Assembly (NCBI RefSeq): GCF_006345805.1
Contig: NC_043010.1
Span: 13,764,001 to 13,828,000, forward strand
DNA from: Octopus sinensis
Taxonomy: Eukaryota
Length of the DNA stretch: 64,000 bases
Reading direction: 5' to 3'
The position numbers were made by a program, and so were the translations under genes. Below, piece after piece: positions 61,794 to 64,000 of the stretch. Every line of letters begins with the position of its first letter. Positions within the stretch are counted from its first letter, which is position 1. Under the pieces are notes generated by a model. The model was not told the origin of the DNA. It saw only the letters and a list, made by a program, of their open reading frames with translations, and made no database searches.

Positions 61794-62196
61794 GGCGCAG
61801 GAGTGGCTGTGTGGTAAGTAGCTTGCTAACCAGCCGCATGGTTCCGGGTTCAGTCCCACTGCGTGGCATCTTGGGCAAGTGTCTTCTGCTATAGCCCCGG
61901 GCCGACCAATGCCTTGTGAGTGGATTTGGTAGACGGAAACTGAAAGAAGCCTGTCGTATATATGTATATATATATGTGTGTGTGTTTGTGTGTCTGTGTT
62001 TGTCCCCCTAGCATTACATGACAACCGATGCTGGTGTGTTTGCGTCCCCGTCACTTAGCGGCTCAGCAAAAGAGACCGATAGAATAAGTACTAGGCTTAC
62101 AAAGAACGGGTCGATTTGCTCGACTAAAGGCGGTGCTCCAGCATGGCCGCAGTCAAATGACTGAAACAAGTAAAAGAGTAAAAAGGGAAAAGAGTA
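61794..62196 (+). mobile_element. SINE-A
   Basis: Full-length homology; diverged variants also at about 41335, 49710 and 56648. Confidence 0.85.
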
Positions 62197-62240
62197 ATAT
62201 TAGCACTTCTGGCCAATAAAAAGAATTTATTATTATTATT

Positions 62241-62705
62241 GAGTGAGGGAGCAGTGCATGCCATCAAAGTGACACTGGGGTAAAATATACGAAGCCCAGT
62301 ATACCCATCATGACTACATGTCTGATAAGAGTACACCAGGCACATGCATTACAACCATATGTGCGCGACATTGTGACCTCATATCAAGATAAACAGCGCA
62401 TGACCTTGCAGGTGGGGCCCAGTTAGAATGTTCTTTAGGTCGAGTAATCCAAACTATTCAAAAAGTCTGTGAATAAAGAGTCGTTCAAGGATGACGAACA
62501 AAACAACCTTGTTTTCAATGGTGAATTATTCAAACCCCAAAGAATTCCTCTCAACACATGGCTATGGTGCTCCCCACTACTTCACTACTCCTGCTCGGGA
62601 TCAGAGACGCTCATATGATCAGTCACTAAGAGTCATGCTCAACTGGTTAAGATCAAGCAACTGACAAGCAATTCTGCGGTATTGAGAAGAATATTTGCTG
62701 TAGTC
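62241..62705 (-). mobile_element. Non-LTR element 3' UTR with (AAT)n tail, copy 1 (possibly R4/Dong-like)
   Basis: Homologous to 62817-63275; ends GCACTGCTCCCTCACTC-(AAT)n on the minus strand. Confidence 0.45.
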
Positions 62706-62816
62706 TGTTTCACACCAAGACGAAAAATGGTAACACTGTAAATCAGAACCATGATCAGTAGAACCATGATCAGAACCATGGGAGCCACTGCTTGGTATTG
62801 CACTATTACCATTATT

Positions 62817-63480
62817 GAGTGAGAGAGCAGTGCTTGCCATCAAAGTGACACTGAAGTAAAATATACGAAGCCCAGTATACCCATCATGACAACCCAAATG
62901 ATAAGGGTACACTAGGCGCAAGCATCACAACCATATATGGGTGACATGGTGATCTGTAACCCACCCGCTCAAAAGGTCCCTGAATAAGGGTTGTTTAAGG
63001 ATGTGTTTCCAGAGGTGAACTATTCAAACACCAAAGAATCCTTCTCAACACATGGCTATGATGCTCCCCCACTACTCCTGCTTGCGATCAGAGATGCACA
63101 TATCGCCAGTCACTAAGGGACATGTTTAACTAGTTAAGGTCAAGCAACTGACAAGCAAATCTGTGGTATTGAGCAGAATATTCTTTTATAACAAGACAAA
63201 ACAATGTACATGATAACACTTCCAATTAGTTAAGATCAGAAGCCATGTGAATCACAGATGCAGTACCAGGTAGTACAAGGCATTATTATCATTATATTTT
63301 TCTTCTTTTATCTTCAAAATTATGCTAAAGCATACTGACACCTAATCTTTATTATTGTACACACTTTCTTTTCCCCGTCCCAGATTACTATGTCCGGTCT
63401 GTTGTGCCCGGTTTTTTTCAGAGGTTTTATCAGAGACATTTCTAAATTAAACTTTCTCATTTTATGGGTGAGTATGCTGT
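62817..63480 (-). mobile_element. Non-LTR element 3' UTR copy 2 plus restriction-like endonuclease (RLE) remnant
   Basis: HNRPDIVIWDGEKKVCTII (about 63350-63406) resembles the PD-(D/E)xK RLE motif of R4/NeSL-type elements; same strand as the 3' UTR. Confidence 0.45.
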
Positions 63481-63544
63481 CTGTATCACCGTAACTTATA
63501 TCTTTATCTTCAGGAATATTCATACGTGTTGGCACATATGTCTG

Positions 63545-63565
63545 TGCATATGTATATATGTATAT

Positions 63566-63655
<90 letters not shown>
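63545..63655. repeat. (TA)n microsatellite
   Basis: Direct inspection. Confidence 0.95.
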
Positions 63656-63656
<1 letters not shown>

Positions 63657-64000
63657 GGCAACGTCGATATGATGGGGAGAGTGAGCTAATGAACAGCTCA
63701 AGCACAAACATTTGATTACTACAAACAAATCATTTGTTCAGGCCATTCAACAAGAAATTGCATAACTATCTTTCTCGGACTATGACACACTACCATCATG
63801 CGCGTGCGTGCGTGTGTATGTGTGTGTGCGTGTGTGTGTGTGTGTGTGTATGTGTGTGTATACTTGCACTCATATGTGTATACAATACTCATTAGTACAC
63901 GAGTGTACCTCAATTATCTTATGTATTTGTGCGTCTATACAGTAAGCACATATGTGATTGTATGTATGTATGTATGTATGTATGTATGTATGTATGTATG

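Noticed and set aside
63470-63500. YGDTDS, identical to the family-B DNA polymerase catalytic motif
   Set aside because: No other PolB motifs nearby, and the context fits an RLE remnant; probably chance. A profile search of 63330-63520 would settle it.

Overview
Eukaryotic, AT-rich, repeat-saturated window. The SINE families, microsatellite density and C2H2 gene suggest a coleoid cephalopod, probably Octopus (inference). There is one convincing protein-coding gene, a 500-aa C2H2 zinc-finger ORF (11221-12723, +), and three intact, intron-containing elongator tRNA-Met(CAT) genes (22086-24489, -). The rest is mostly mobile DNA: three tRNA-headed SINE families (here A, B, C), Tx1/L1-clade LINE fragments of two subfamilies, RTE fragments, a possible RLE (R4/Dong-like) remnant, a mariner remnant, a TIR MITE carrying (TTAGGG)n, non-autonomous Helitrons, piggyBac-like MITEs and long microsatellites. 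Most interesting signals: (1) SINE-B shares its 3' tail with a Tx1-like LINE and appears to insert at an NRTAT site that lies inside its own head, giving 184-bp tandem arrays; (2) two copies of a minimal type I hammerhead-ribozyme fold; (3) a tRNA-Met cluster with a canonical 20-nt intron, one copy of which replaces the YADD segment of a LINE; (4) a zinc-finger protein built from a repeated 23-aa-spacer + finger-pair module with a Tyr/Phe heptad tail; (5) a motif-dense candidate promoter at about 47.0 kb. Family names are from motif recognition only; no database searches were run, and repeat boundaries are approximate unless a TSD or terminus is given.
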